This document shows positions 32,057 through 42,392 of a stretch of 64,000 bases of DNA, one piece after another. The notes beneath the pieces are model-generated. The model had not been told where the DNA came from and searched no databases. It worked only from the letters and a program-made list of their open reading frames with translations. The position numbers and the translations under genes were made by a program. The stretch is from Candidatus Eiseniibacteriota bacterium (GTDB taxonomy: Bacteria; Eisenbacteria; RBG-16-71-46; CAVPCR01), in assembly GCA_963702435.1 (NCBI GenBank), contig CAVPCR010000002.1, positions 20,999 through 84,998 of the forward strand, written 5' to 3'. Position 1 is the stretch's first letter, and each line of letters opens with the position of its first letter.

Positions 32057-34366
32057 CTACGCCCTCGCCGGCACCGCGGGCACGGCCTTCGTGCTCCCGG
32101 CGCGCCAGGCCGCGACGATGAAGCCGGCCTCGAGCAGCGCGACGACTATCATAGTGTTGAGGAGGTTGCCGCTGCCGGAGCCGTAGGCATGCAGGCCCGA
32201 GCCGAGGACGTAGTTCACGCCCACGTAGGTCATCAGGATCGTCCAGAACGCGACGATGGACCACGCAGCTACGCCGAACGGGCCGATCTGGCCGTCGCTG
32301 CGCGCGTGCAGGATGGCCATGTAGGCGAGGAACGCGACCAGCGACCAGACCTCCTTCGAGTCCCAGCCCCAGTAGCGGCCCCACGACGACGCGGCCCAGA
32401 TCGAGCCGGTCAGGATGCCGGCGATGAGCAGGATCGAGCCCACGAGCAGGTACCAGTAGAGGAGCGAGTTCCACTTCGTCGCCAGCTCGGCCGCCCGCCG
32501 GGGCGCGAACAGCCGCGCGCCCAGGACGAGGTGGCCGAGGAACGTGGCGATCGCGAACGTCGAGTAGCTCACCATGATGATCGGCACGTGGATCGCGAGC
32601 CACGCGGTGTTGGCGAGCACGGGCGCCATGGGCCGGATGAACGGGTCGATCGACAGGCGGTCGAGCAGCAGCATGACGAGCGCCGACATGGCGGCGGCAT
32701 TGTAGACGAGCATGCGGTTGCGCACGAGCAGCGAGATCACGCCGAAGAGCCCGACGCCCCAGCCGAGGAACAGCAACGACTCGTACATGTTCGAGGCCGG
32801 GATGCGTTCACCGACCTGCCAGCGCGTCGCGATGCCCCAGGTCATCACCGCGAAGCCAAGCACCATGCCGGCGGCGACCAGCCAGCGCAGCCGCCAGCGG
32901 TCGCGCTCGAGCGTCATGCCGGCGGCGATGGCGGCGGGCAGCAGCAGCCACCAGGCGATGCGCGGAAAGTCCACCGCGTTGTAGAGCAGCTCACGCTGGA
33001 TCGCGGCCGGGGTGGGGTAGAACGCGGGCGCGCCCGAGCGCGCCTGCGCCTCCATCTTCGTCCACGTCTCGAGCGCGTTCGGGAGCGGCGGCGCGCGCCA
33101 GAGGTCCACGCGGTTCTCGCCCGGGATGGTGCGGATGGCCTCGCCGTTCAGGAACACGTGCAGGACCGTGAGGCGCTCGTTGAACTCGAGCAGGTCCTTG
33201 TCCCCGGGCTCGGGGTCGTGGCGGTGGCTGGCACGCTCGAGCGCCGGACCCATGAGCGCGAGCAGCCGCTGACTGGAGAGCAGCTTCTGGTAGCTCGTGT
33301 GCCGCGTGTTCGCGGGCAGGCCGACGGTGGTCGCGATGAGCGGGTTGATCTTCACGATCGGTTCGCGCATCCAGCCCTCCGGGTCGAGCGACCAGCCCAT
33401 CACCATCGCCACGGGGTCCATGCCCTTCCAGCGCCGCTGGCCGGTCACCTGCAGCACGGCCTCGCGCGCCTGCGTGTCGAACGGCATCTCGCGGCCGTCG
33501 TACTGGACGGGCAACTGCCTGAGCGCCGGCAGAGCGTCGGCGGGTGGCAGCTTCGCCGCCCCGGCGGCCGGCGGGCCGCCGGCCAGAGCCGCCGCACCGA
33601 GCGCGGCGGCGAGCGCCACGATGTGCAGCCGCGCAACCGGCGCGCCGGCCGGCGCGGTGCGCAGCTTCACGGCGGCGCGGTGCTGGAAGATGCGCGTGAC
33701 CATCACCACGAGCATGCCGCCGACGAGCAAGTAGTACCCCCAGAAGACGATGTCCTGCCCCGGGTCCCTCGCGACCGAGAGCACGGACATCGCGCGGCCC
33801 TCGCTGAACTGGTAGCTGGACTGGAAGAAGCGGTAGCCGCCGTGCGTGAACGGCTTGTTCATCTCGATCACGGCCGGGATCTCGCGCCCGCCGTCGAGCA
33901 CCGTGATGCGGCTCCGGTACATCGAGGCGCGCTGCGTGCCGGGATAGACGTCCATCTGGAAGTCGTCGAGGCGGACGGTGAACGGAATCGGAGTGGCCGA
34001 CTCGTGGCCGTCCACAAGGCGCAGGAACTGATTCGAGCTCTCGCCCTCCCACAAGCCGAGCTGTCCGTCTACGCCCTTCCACGCGGTCACGACGGCGCCC
34101 GCGAGGATGAGCAGCATCGAGGTGTGCGTGATCAGGAATCCGATGCGCCAGCGGTTGCGCGGCCAGCGTGCCCAGAGCGCGGCCGTGACGTTGAGCGCGA
34201 ACACGCCCTGCAGCGCGAAGAACCACGGCGCGTAGTAGACGGCCCGGGCGGCTGCAGTGCCACGCAGCGACTCGAGGATGGTGCCGACCGACAGGACGAT
34301 GGCGAGCAGGATCAGCAGCGCGGTCGTCAGCTTGAGCGAGGCGAGCACGCGAACGAATGGAGGCAT
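32057..34366 (-). CDS. ccsBA: Fused ResB/CcsB-CcsA cytochrome c biogenesis protein (system II)
   Basis: ITHTSMLLIL, MNKPFTHGGYRFFQSSY, WLAIHV, WWD motif WAASSWGRYWGWDSKEVW, GLHAY. Confidence 0.9.
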   Translation of the reverse strand: MPPFVRVLASLKLTTALLILLAIVLSVGTILESLRGTAAARAVYYAPWFFALQGVFALNVTAALWARWPRNRWRIGFLITHTSMLLILAGAVVTAWKGVDGQLGLWEGESSNQFLRLVDGHESATPIPFTVRLDDFQMDVYPGTQRASMYRSRITVLDGGREIPAVIEMNKPFTHGGYRFFQSSYQFSEGRAMSVLSVARDPGQDIVFWGYYLLVGGMLVVMVTRIFQHRAAVKLRTAPAGAPVARLHIVALAAALGAAALAGGPPAAGAAKLPPADALPALRQLPVQYDGREMPFDTQAREAVLQVTGQRRWKGMDPVAMVMGWSLDPEGWMREPIVKINPLIATTVGLPANTRHTSYQKLLSSQRLLALMGPALERASHRHDPEPGDKDLLEFNERLTVLHVFLNGEAIRTIPGENRVDLWRAPPLPNALETWTKMEAQARSGAPAFYPTPAAIQRELLYNAVDFPRIAWWLLLPAAIAAGMTLERDRWRLRWLVAAGMVLGFAVMTWGIATRWQVGERIPASNMYESLLFLGWGVGLFGVISLLVRNRMLVYNAAAMSALVMLLLDRLSIDPFIRPMAPVLANTAWLAIHVPIIMVSYSTFAIATFLGHLVLGARLFAPRRAAELATKWNSLLYWYLLVGSILLIAGILTGSIWAASSWGRYWGWDSKEVWSLVAFLAYMAILHARSDGQIGPFGVAAWSIVAFWTILMTYVGVNYVLGSGLHAYGSGSGNLLNTMIVVALLEAGFIVAAWRAGSTKAVPAVPARA

Positions 34367-34626
34367 GATCAGTTCCTTCCGACGGGTGGGGGCGGAATGC
34401 AGGAGCGAGGATAGGCGCTGCTGGCCCCGGCCGCGATGGGCCGTTGGGCTACCGGCCGGGGGGCCCGGGGCCCCTCCGGGGCGGGCGGCCGGACCCCCGG
34501 CTCCGGGACGGGCCCCCGCCCCAGCTGTCACGCAACGCCGTTTCGACCTTTCTGCCCTCCGCAGTTGGAGCCGCCGCTCGTCGTCCGGACGATCTCCGAG
34601 CTCGCCAGGTCTACGGCGCCGGACGC

Positions 34627-36156
34627 CTAGCGCACCTTGACCGAGAGCACCGCCGCCCACACCTTGTCGGCAGCCAAGTCGAGCGTGGCGTTGGGGCGGT
34701 CCTGGTCCCCGAAATCGATCGTGTCGGTCGCGGCGTCGAAGCTGGCGACGTCGCCGTCGACCGCATCGGTCAGCGTCCCGGCGCCATCGACCGCGGCGAA
34801 GATGGCGGCTTCTTCCGCGGCGGTGCAGTCCGGATCGGCGCAGACGTCGACCGAGGAGTCGACCTTGATCGTCCCCGGCAGGTACTGGAACGCGGCGGGA
34901 TCGAGCACGTCCCGGGCGCTGACGTCGAGGATCGCGTCCCCCGGGTTGTTGATGTAGAGGAGGAACTTCACGGTTGCGCCGGCCGGGACCTCGGCGCCCG
35001 AGGGGATCGGCGTTCCGTCAGCCTGGAAGGCCCGTTTGATGAGGCGGGGTTCGATCTTCTCGCTCCCGAGAGCCTGGTAGGTCCCCGGGTCTCCCTGGTT
35101 GCGGAAGCAGGCCCGGAGCCAATCCGTGGATCTCGGCACGGAGGAGATCCGTACCTCGTCGATCTTCCCGTCCCACGCGCCGAAGGATCCCACATTGCCG
35201 TAGTTGTTGCCGATCGCGATCTGCCAGGAGTTGACCCGCATGCTCCCGGTCTTGCTCAGGCTGCCCGCCGCGAGGCCGTCCCGCAGGAGCCGCATGGTCG
35301 CTCCGTCGTAGGTCGCCGCAGCCAGATACCAGAGGTTCCCGTCGGGTAGGTACCCATTGGGGGAGGAACCGAAGAGCACGGAGGTCCCGATGGCATCGTC
35401 CGTTCCGGTCTTGAGCCGGAACCTCAGCCGGTTCTCGCCCGAGGTGCCATCGAAGAGGCTCAGCATGAAGACGTGATCCTCGTTCGCCGTCCCCTGAGCC
35501 TTCGAGACGACCCGAGGGTCGTCCTCCGCGAACGCGTCATCGCTCCTGATCCAGGCCGAGAGCGTGAGGCCCGTGCCCGCCACGCTCCAGGCTCCGATAC
35601 GCACCTCGTCGTTGCCGTCCGCGGGGAGGAAGTCCTGACCATCGGCGATCTGCGCCGGAACGTCCGTGGAACCCACATTCGTGCCGTGGTGGCCTCCGAT
35701 GGAGTCGTCGAAGTCGTCGTGGAGGTGGTACACGGCTTCGTAGCCGTTGCTCCAGACTCCCGGAACGTCCTCCTGGCTCCCCGTGGTTCCATTTCCGTAG
35801 TAGAGATAGAGCGTGGTCGCGTTCGCGGAGGAGAGGAGCGGCACCTTGACCCAGGCGAAGAGCTCGCCCCCAATGGGGTCGTACTCCTCGATCTCGTGAT
35901 CCAGCTGGGTCGATCCGTCGGCCGCCGTGAAAAGCAGGTCGTCGCCGTCCGCCTGGGCCCGGGTGAAAACCGGGTTCCCGGCGTCCACGATCCGGATGAG
36001 ACAGGGGAAGTCGGTGAGATCGGAGTTGGTCACGGTCGCGGAGATCGTGATCTCCTGGCGGTAGGGCCAGGCCGAACCGTACCAGGCGGCCCGGGCCGTG
36101 GTCGCAAGGGCCAGCCCGACGATCGAGATCGCTGCAGCGACTCGTAGGGGCCCCAA
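34627..36156 (-). CDS. Secreted DUF2341 plus LamG-like protein with C-terminal DUF11-like domain
   Basis: AWY..WPYRQEITI, DGDDLLFT, WVKVP, LYLYYGN; WDGKIDEVRIS; IKRAF...VKFLLYINN...DVLD. Confidence 0.8.
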   Translation of the reverse strand: MGPLRVAAAISIVGLALATTARAAWYGSAWPYRQEITISATVTNSDLTDFPCLIRIVDAGNPVFTRAQADGDDLLFTAADGSTQLDHEIEEYDPIGGELFAWVKVPLLSSANATTLYLYYGNGTTGSQEDVPGVWSNGYEAVYHLHDDFDDSIGGHHGTNVGSTDVPAQIADGQDFLPADGNDEVRIGAWSVAGTGLTLSAWIRSDDAFAEDDPRVVSKAQGTANEDHVFMLSLFDGTSGENRLRFRLKTGTDDAIGTSVLFGSSPNGYLPDGNLWYLAAATYDGATMRLLRDGLAAGSLSKTGSMRVNSWQIAIGNNYGNVGSFGAWDGKIDEVRISSVPRSTDWLRACFRNQGDPGTYQALGSEKIEPRLIKRAFQADGTPIPSGAEVPAGATVKFLLYINNPGDAILDVSARDVLDPAAFQYLPGTIKVDSSVDVCADPDCTAAEEAAIFAAVDGAGTLTDAVDGDVASFDAATDTIDFGDQDRPNATLDLAADKVWAAVLSVKVR

Positions 36157-36358
36157 TGTCCCTTCCAGAAGCGCCTCCAGGTTGCGTCCTCTGCAATTGG
36201 TGGAACGGCCGTGGATGAGTTACCCTAACACAGAATCCCACCCGCGGCCGATCCTCACCATCGCGAAGGCACAGGTGATTGCATCGCGTGCCACTTGTCC
36301 GATGCAGCCTCTTCGTCTCACCACGGCCTGCACTGACCCCTGAACTCGTGCCTGCGGG

Positions 36359-36625
36359 TTGGCCGCGGCGGGGCGCTTCCTCGGCGACCGCGAGAAGAAC
36401 CGCGTCGACGCGGTGTCCGGCACCGTCTTCGTGAGCCCGATCTTCGTCTGGTACAGCGACGACTTCGGGGGCTCGAACGAGGCCCTGGGCCGCTACCTGG
36501 CCCGCTTCTGGCCGCAGGGCCCGGAGCGGGATCTCCTCCTGTCCGGCCGCTTCCGCCTCCGCGAGACCGAGTACGACTGGAGACTGAACGGCTTGGCGCA
36601 GGGATCTCCTCAACGTCGACCTTGA
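36359..36625 (+). pseudogene. C-terminal fragment of a DUF547-type protein
   Basis: RFL..KNRVD..VSPIFVWYSDDFG..YDWRLN; no N-terminal part or RBS upstream. Confidence 0.65.
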
Positions 36626-36699
36626 CGTGGCGAGGCCTCGTTTGCGCGCGGTGTCAGCAGTGGTCGCTCGGAGCCACAGCGCTGAGTGCCGCGCCGCGC

Positions 36700-37614
36700 T
36701 CACGCTGCGGCGGCCGGGCGCGGCTTGACGAGCACCGATCTCCGCTCGCGCTCGCGGAGGAAGGCGATCTCCACCTCCGGCCGCCCCGCGAGCACCAGGA
36801 CCCGCTGCAGGTCATCCACGCTCGCGAGCGGTGTGCCGTTGGCGGCGACGAGGAGATCACCATCGCGGAGCCCGGCCGCGGCCGCCGGTGACTCCGCGCC
36901 CACATCGAAGACGCGGAGCGCGCGCGCCTGGCCGAGTTCCGCGGCGAGGCGCGGCGCGAGGCGCACCCCGCGCGCGGCGACCCCGAGGAGCGGGCGCCGG
37001 ATCTCGCCCTTCTCGACGAGCACCGCCGCGACCCAGCTCGCGGTCGCCGCGGGCACCGCGAAGCCGATCCCCTGCGCGTACGGGATGATCGCGGTGTTGA
37101 TGCCGACGACCGCCCCCTCGGCGTTCACGAGCGGCCCGCCCGAGTTCCCCGGGTTGATCGCGGCATCGGTCTGGATCAGCCCTTCGACGAGGCTGCCGTC
37201 CGCTCCGCCGAGGCTCCGGTCGAGCGCGCTCACGACACCGAGGCTCACCGAGCGCTCGAAGCGGAGCGGATTCCCGATGGCGACGACGAGCTGGCCCACG
37301 CGCACGCTGTCGCGCGCCGCGAGCGCGAGATGCGGGAGCTCCTCTCCCGCCGCCGGCTTGACGCGGACGACGGCGAGATCGGTGCGCCGATCGACGCCCG
37401 CGATCTCCCCGGCGAGCGCGCTTCCGTCCTGGAAGCCGATCCGGAGCGCGCCCCGCCCCCGCGCGACGACGTGCGCGTTGGTGAGGACGAGCCCGTCCCC
37501 GCGGAGGACGAGCCCGCTCCCCTCCCCCAGGTGGTGCTCGACGCTGACCACGGCGGGCGCGGTGCGGGCAACGAGCGTTTCGAGCTCGGACGAGAAGAGG
37601 CGGAGGAAGTCCAT
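36700..37614 (-). CDS. Trypsin-like serine protease with PDZ domain (S1C/HtrA family, no signal peptide)
   Basis: LTNAHVV, TDLAVV, IQTDAAINPGNSGGPL, SPAAAAGLRDGD. Confidence 0.92.
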   Translation of the reverse strand: MDFLRLFSSELETLVARTAPAVVSVEHHLGEGSGLVLRGDGLVLTNAHVVARGRGALRIGFQDGSALAGEIAGVDRRTDLAVVRVKPAAGEELPHLALAARDSVRVGQLVVAIGNPLRFERSVSLGVVSALDRSLGGADGSLVEGLIQTDAAINPGNSGGPLVNAEGAVVGINTAIIPYAQGIGFAVPAATASWVAAVLVEKGEIRRPLLGVAARGVRLAPRLAAELGQARALRVFDVGAESPAAAAGLRDGDLLVAANGTPLASVDDLQRVLVLAGRPEVEIAFLRERERRSVLVKPRPAAAA

Positions 37615-37685
37615 GCGACCATTCTCGCCCGCCGTGCGGCGGTGGCGCATCGCGCGAAAGGCCAGGCCCGACCCTGATCCTTCGG

Positions 37686-38081
37686 CTAGAGCGGAACCCG
37701 CTCGGCCACGTGCCCGAGCCCGGGCAGGTGGAAGCGCTCGCCGGAGAGCGCCTTGAGCGCCCCGGCGAGGCCGAGCCCGAGGAGAGCGAGACCGAAGCTC
37801 AGGCGGGAGAGCGTGATGATGATGACGCCGAGGACCGGGAGCCCCGTGAGCGCCCACTCGATCACGCGGAGGGCGAGGCCGAGCACGACGAGGAGGACGA
37901 GGAGGACGAAGCCCTGGCGGGCGTGGTGGCGCGCGAACTCGTCGCGAGGCGCGAAGAAGTACGGGAGGAAGCAGAGGAAGGGGACATACGAGAGCGCGGC
38001 GAGGACCCGGCTCTCGTCCGTGTCCTCTTCCCCGGGCGCGGCGCCGCGGGGCATCTCCGGTCCGCTATGCGACTCGTTCAC
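37686..38081 (-). CDS. DUF4870-like small membrane protein
   Basis: LAALSY..F..DEFARHHARQG..GERFHLPGLG. Confidence 0.75.
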   Translation of the reverse strand: MNESHSGPEMPRGAAPGEEDTDESRVLAALSYVPFLCFLPYFFAPRDEFARHHARQGFVLLVLLVVLGLALRVIEWALTGLPVLGVIIITLSRLSFGLALLGLGLAGALKALSGERFHLPGLGHVAERVPL

Positions 38082-38124
38082 GGCCTTTCGGGCGCACCCG
38101 CCAGAAGAGCGGGCGCGGCCGCCC

Positions 38125-40308
38125 TCATGAAGCCGACCACATCATGGCCTCGAAATCGGTCCCCGGCGCCCGGAAGACGACCGGCGAGCGCGCCGGCAGC
38201 GCCTCCACCGTGCGCCCGTTCGCCACCCGGAGGATCGCGATCTCGACCATATCCCCGTCCCGGATCATGAGCTCGGTGAAGGGTATCTGCAACTCGATCA
38301 CCTGATCCACGGCGCAGGTCGCCCGCGACGGCTCCTCGTGGAAGCCCCCGTCCGCGTAGCGCCAGAGCCGCGCCGGGCGGGCCCGTCCGTTCCGCGGATC
38401 GAGCGGGACCTCGACCCGCACCCGATGCGGCTGCGTGATCTCGAGCACGAGCATCTCATCGTGCGCCGGAGTCGCAATGAACCGCGCCGTCCCGTCCACG
38501 CGCACGAACAGGTGCTCGAGATCGAAGCCGTAGTGGAGCGCGCGCAGCTGGCCGTCGGTCTGGTGCATGGCGCCCCCGCCCTGCGCTGCCTCGACCCGGC
38601 CGGCGAGCTTCCACTCGTAGAAGTGGGTGACCCGCCCGTCGACGGTCGGCGTGATGAAGCGCACCGGCACCTGCTCGTCCGTGCGCGGCCGCCCGAAGCG
38701 ACCCTTGATCACGCCGCGGAGCTCGGGCGGCGGCACGAGCCCCACCGCCTCGTGGGCCGCGGTCAGGTGCGCGCGAAAGAGCTGATCGAACACGTCGACA
38801 TGCGCGCACCAGTGGTCGTCGCCGTACCACCAGAACCAGTCCGACCCTTCCGCGATCGCGACATGCCGCCGCGCCGTCGTGACCCCCGGATCATCGGGCG
38901 GGCGCGTCGCCGCCGCCGCCTCGACCGCGGCGCGCGTCCGCGCGAGGAGGTCCCACGCCGCGTTGTCCTCCGGATGCCCGATCCAGATCGCGAAGTTGTG
39001 GTTGATCCATGACCCGGCGAAGAGCCGCTCGATGCGCCGAGACGGCGGATAGCGCGCGATGTAGTCGCTCACCGTCACCATCTCGATCACCGGATGCCGA
39101 TCGAGGAGCCCGTAGAGCTCGCGCAGGAAGAAGAGCCCGTCCTCCGGGTAGTACTCCCAGCAGTTCTCCCCGTCGAGAATCACCGGCACGAGCGGCACGT
39201 CGCCGTTCGGCTCGCCCGCCGCGCGCATCACCTGCTCCGCGAAGTCGCGCGCCGCCTCCTTCGGATCCCAGTTCATGTAGCTGAAGCCGACCAGGTCCGA
39301 GAGCCGCTTGTGCCGAAAGATGAGAGCGAGGTCCTCGCCGTCTCCGTTCCCGAGGAGGTAGGCGTAGCGCGGATCGGGGTCGCGCCCGTCGAGCTGCGAG
39401 CGATAGAGGATCTCCTCGTCCGAGGCGAGCCAGGTGAGCCCGCGCCCGAGGAGACGCCGGACCGCGGCATCCGACACCGAGCCCTCGGAGGGCCACATGC
39501 CGCGCGGCCGCCGGCCGAAGGCCGCCGTGAAGCGCGCGAAGGCGCTCTCGACCTGCGCATCGAAATCGCCGGGGTACTGGATGTGCGCTCGCGGAAGGCG
39601 CACGTCGGGCATCGCCTCGCGCGCCGCGTCGGAGTCGAGGAGCAACGGCAATATGGGGTGGTAGTACGGGCTCATCGCGAGCTCGACGCGGCCCTCCGCG
39701 GCGAGGCGGCGGTAGAGCGGCACGATCGAGCCCAGGATCTCGATCTGGCGATCGAGGACGAAGTGCTTCTCCTCCTCGCTGAAGCTCCGCCCCTTGTCGG
39801 CGAGGCGCTTGAGCTCGTGATCCACGAAGAAGGTCGGGTCGATCCAGGCCAGGTTGAAGAGCACGATCAGATCGCGGAGCTCGAGGTCGGTGAACAGCGG
39901 CGCCTGGCGGCCGGGGATGCGGTTCTTGAAGCGGCGATGGAGCTCGGCGAGGCGCGGATAGCGCGCGATCATCGTCGCCTCGTTGGCCGAGAAGAAGTTC
40001 TCCTCGACGAAGCGGCGCTCGGCGGGGTCGAGCTCGGCCGGGCCGCGACGGGAGAGATCGAGGAAGCGGTCGGTGCGCCGCCCGCTCACGTAATCGTCGA
40101 TCTGCTCGAGCAGGCTCGGAACGACGTTGATCGTGAACTTGACGCGCGGGTAGGACTCGGCGAGCGCGGCCATGTCGTAGTAGTCCTTGGTGCCGTGGAG
40201 ACGCACCCAGGGCAGCTCGAACTGGCCGGTGAACGGGTTCTCGTAGTGTGGCTGATGCATGTGCCACACCAGGGCGAGGCAGACCTTCTCGTGGCGCACG
40301 TCCGCCAT
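38125..40308 (-). CDS. Glycoside hydrolase family 57 (amylopullulanase/alpha-amylase type)
   Basis: WHMHQPHY, PWVRLH, YHPILPLL, GMWPSEGSVS, ILDGENCWEYY, AEGSDWFWWYG. Confidence 0.93.
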   Translation of the reverse strand: MADVRHEKVCLALVWHMHQPHYENPFTGQFELPWVRLHGTKDYYDMAALAESYPRVKFTINVVPSLLEQIDDYVSGRRTDRFLDLSRRGPAELDPAERRFVEENFFSANEATMIARYPRLAELHRRFKNRIPGRQAPLFTDLELRDLIVLFNLAWIDPTFFVDHELKRLADKGRSFSEEEKHFVLDRQIEILGSIVPLYRRLAAEGRVELAMSPYYHPILPLLLDSDAAREAMPDVRLPRAHIQYPGDFDAQVESAFARFTAAFGRRPRGMWPSEGSVSDAAVRRLLGRGLTWLASDEEILYRSQLDGRDPDPRYAYLLGNGDGEDLALIFRHKRLSDLVGFSYMNWDPKEAARDFAEQVMRAAGEPNGDVPLVPVILDGENCWEYYPEDGLFFLRELYGLLDRHPVIEMVTVSDYIARYPPSRRIERLFAGSWINHNFAIWIGHPEDNAAWDLLARTRAAVEAAAATRPPDDPGVTTARRHVAIAEGSDWFWWYGDDHWCAHVDVFDQLFRAHLTAAHEAVGLVPPPELRGVIKGRFGRPRTDEQVPVRFITPTVDGRVTHFYEWKLAGRVEAAQGGGAMHQTDGQLRALHYGFDLEHLFVRVDGTARFIATPAHDEMLVLEITQPHRVRVEVPLDPRNGRARPARLWRYADGGFHEEPSRATCAVDQVIELQIPFTELMIRDGDMVEIAILRVANGRTVEALPARSPVVFRAPGTDFEAMMWSAS

Positions 40309-40402
40309 CGGCTTACGCGGACCTTTTCACGGGGATACCGTTCCTCGCGGGACCTGGCCGGCGCGGCGACTGCTACGGCGACGACGGCGACAACGGCGAC
40401 GA

Positions 40403-41143
40403 CTACGGAGCTGGGGCCGCCGCGTGCGCGGCGAGCTCGGCCAGACGGAGCTTGGCATCGGCGGCCTGCGGTTCGGCGCCGTACCTGGCGGTGATCTCCT
40501 CGTAGAGTGCCGTGGCCTTGGCCGCCTCCCCCGCTTGCGCCTGGCAGCGGGCCGCCGCGAGCAGATCCTGGATGATCATGGCCTCCGGCTTGACCACCGT
40601 CGTGGTCTGCGGGGCCTTCTTGCGCTCGGGGAGCAGGCGTTCCTCCTCCCGCGCCAGTTCCTCGTAGGCCGCGGCCGCCTCGGCATACTGCTTCGCGTCC
40701 TCGGCGGCCACCCCGAGCCCCCGCCGGCCCAGGCGGCTCAGGTCCCGATCCCCGCGCACGTGCTCGAGGTAGGACCTGTACTCGGCCATCGCGCCCTGGG
40801 GATCGCCGGTCGCGAGGAGCGCATCCCCGCGCACGAGATGCGCGTGACGGCCGCTCCGCGTGCCGCCGTGCTGGTCGATCACCTGCTTGGCGGTCTCGAC
40901 CGCCTGGGTCGGGTTGCCCGACCAGAGCTGGAACTGGGCCTCGGCGAGCTTCGCGGACGCATCCCCCTCGGCGTCGCGGCGGGCGCCGCGCCACACGAAG
41001 ATGAGGGCGACGGCGACGGCGATCGCCCCGACGACGATGGCGATCCGCTTCAGGTTCTCTTCGAGGTACGTCTCGATGCGGACGGTCCAGGTGAGGAGGG
41101 GATCCTCCTTGATCTGGCGCTTCGTCAGCCGCTTCTGAACCAC
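40403..41143 (-). CDS. Membrane-anchored tetratricopeptide repeat protein (YfgM-like)
   Basis: KRQIKEDP, single TM segment, TPR-like helices. Confidence 0.75.
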   Translation of the reverse strand: MVQKRLTKRQIKEDPLLTWTVRIETYLEENLKRIAIVVGAIAVAVALIFVWRGARRDAEGDASAKLAEAQFQLWSGNPTQAVETAKQVIDQHGGTRSGRHAHLVRGDALLATGDPQGAMAEYRSYLEHVRGDRDLSRLGRRGLGVAAEDAKQYAEAAAAYEELAREEERLLPERKKAPQTTTVVKPEAMIIQDLLAAARCQAQAGEAAKATALYEEITARYGAEPQAADAKLRLAELAAHAAAPAP

Positions 41144-41180
41144 GCTAACTCCTTGCCTTGCAGCTCTTTCCAGCGCTCAC

Positions 41181-42392
41181 TCAGGCGCAGGCCGGGCATG
41201 GCGCCGGCCCCTCCGATACCGAGGACGTGGCATCGTACCACACGCCTCCGGCCCCGACAACGGCCTGGGCGCACGCCCGGCAGGTCGTGCGGCCGCAGCG
41301 CTCGCATCGGGCGCGGCAGCCGGCGCAGAGGAGATGCCCGCCGCTGCAGATCACGGTCTCGGCGGGAGGCGTGCCGCAGGCGGCGCAGCGCACGGCGACG
41401 AGCGATCCGGTCGCCAAGTCGAGCTCGCCCTGCACCTCCTCCTCCCCGCCCTCACCGGGAGCGAGGAGGGGGCGGATCGGCACCCAGACCTCCTCGAGGC
41501 CGAGGAGACTCACCCGCACCTCGGGCGCGTACAGGCGCATCTCGCGCTGCGCGCGCGCGAGCCACTCGAGCTTCCGCGGGCGGGCGGCGAGCGCCGCCTT
41601 GCCCCCCCGCTTCTGCGCGCGAACCTTCTCCTCCTCGATGAGCGCCACGTAGAAGATCTGCAGCCGCTCGTCCTCCTTGGCGAGGAGCGCCTCGGCGCGT
41701 TCAGCGAACCGGGTAACCTCCGGCCCGATCCGGCGCTCGAGCTCGGCATGGGCGATGCGAAGGAGCCCCGGCCCGTCCACCGGAGCCGGGATCTCGATCC
41801 CCGCTTCCGGCTCGTCACCCAGGTTCAGGTTCCGGAAGAAGTCGCGCCCGTCGGCCGCGCGCGCGCCTTCCATGAGGCCGGCCGGGGCCTCGGCCATCAC
41901 CGAGCGGATCTCGTCGAACCCGTCGAAGGCGCGATAGGCGACGCGGAACGTGAAGAGGATGCGCGGCCGGTAGAGGGGCGCGCCGAGACGGACGCCGCGG
42001 CCGGCGGCGGGCGGCCGGTTCGCGCCGTCCCCGGCGTTCGCCTCCCCCGCCGCGACCTCCGGCCCCGGCGGCATGAGGGCCAGGAGCGCCTGCTCCGGAT
42101 CGAGGCGGCGATCCGCGCGCAGATAGCGGCGGCTCACCGTGCCGCCGGCGCGGGCCAGGCGGAGCATGCGATCGAAGACCTCGTTCCCCGGAACCATGAG
42201 GAAGGCATCGGGATGCTCGGCCCGGTCGGCGGCACGGAACGCGAACGTGGGATTCGCGACCTTGAGCGCGCGCGCGAGCGCCGGAGTGAGCTCCGCCGCG
42301 AACGGGCCGCGCGGCGCGCCGAGGAGCTTCGCCCCGTGGTGGCGGAGGAAGTCGCGCACAAAGCGCTCGCGGTCGGCCCCGCTCCCGCTCAC
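41181..42392 (-). CDS. YqhG-like hypothetical protein with C-terminal Cys-rich zinc-finger region
   Basis: GTGA coupling to the SNF2 gene; coiled coil; multiple CxxC motifs (CAAC, CSGGHLLCAGC, CERC, CRAC, CPAC). Confidence 0.7.
   Translation of the reverse strand: MSGSGADRERFVRDFLRHHGAKLLGAPRGPFAAELTPALARALKVANPTFAFRAADRAEHPDAFLMVPGNEVFDRMLRLARAGGTVSRRYLRADRRLDPEQALLALMPPGPEVAAGEANAGDGANRPPAAGRGVRLGAPLYRPRILFTFRVAYRAFDGFDEIRSVMAEAPAGLMEGARAADGRDFFRNLNLGDEPEAGIEIPAPVDGPGLLRIAHAELERRIGPEVTRFAERAEALLAKEDERLQIFYVALIEEEKVRAQKRGGKAALAARPRKLEWLARAQREMRLYAPEVRVSLLGLEEVWVPIRPLLAPGEGGEEEVQGELDLATGSLVAVRCAACGTPPAETVICSGGHLLCAGCRARCERCGRTTCRACAQAVVGAGGVWYDATSSVSEGPAPCPACA

Noticed and set aside
40367-40408. 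ACGGCGACG-like short repeats between the TPR and GH57 genes
   Set aside because: Low-complexity sequence with no spacer structure
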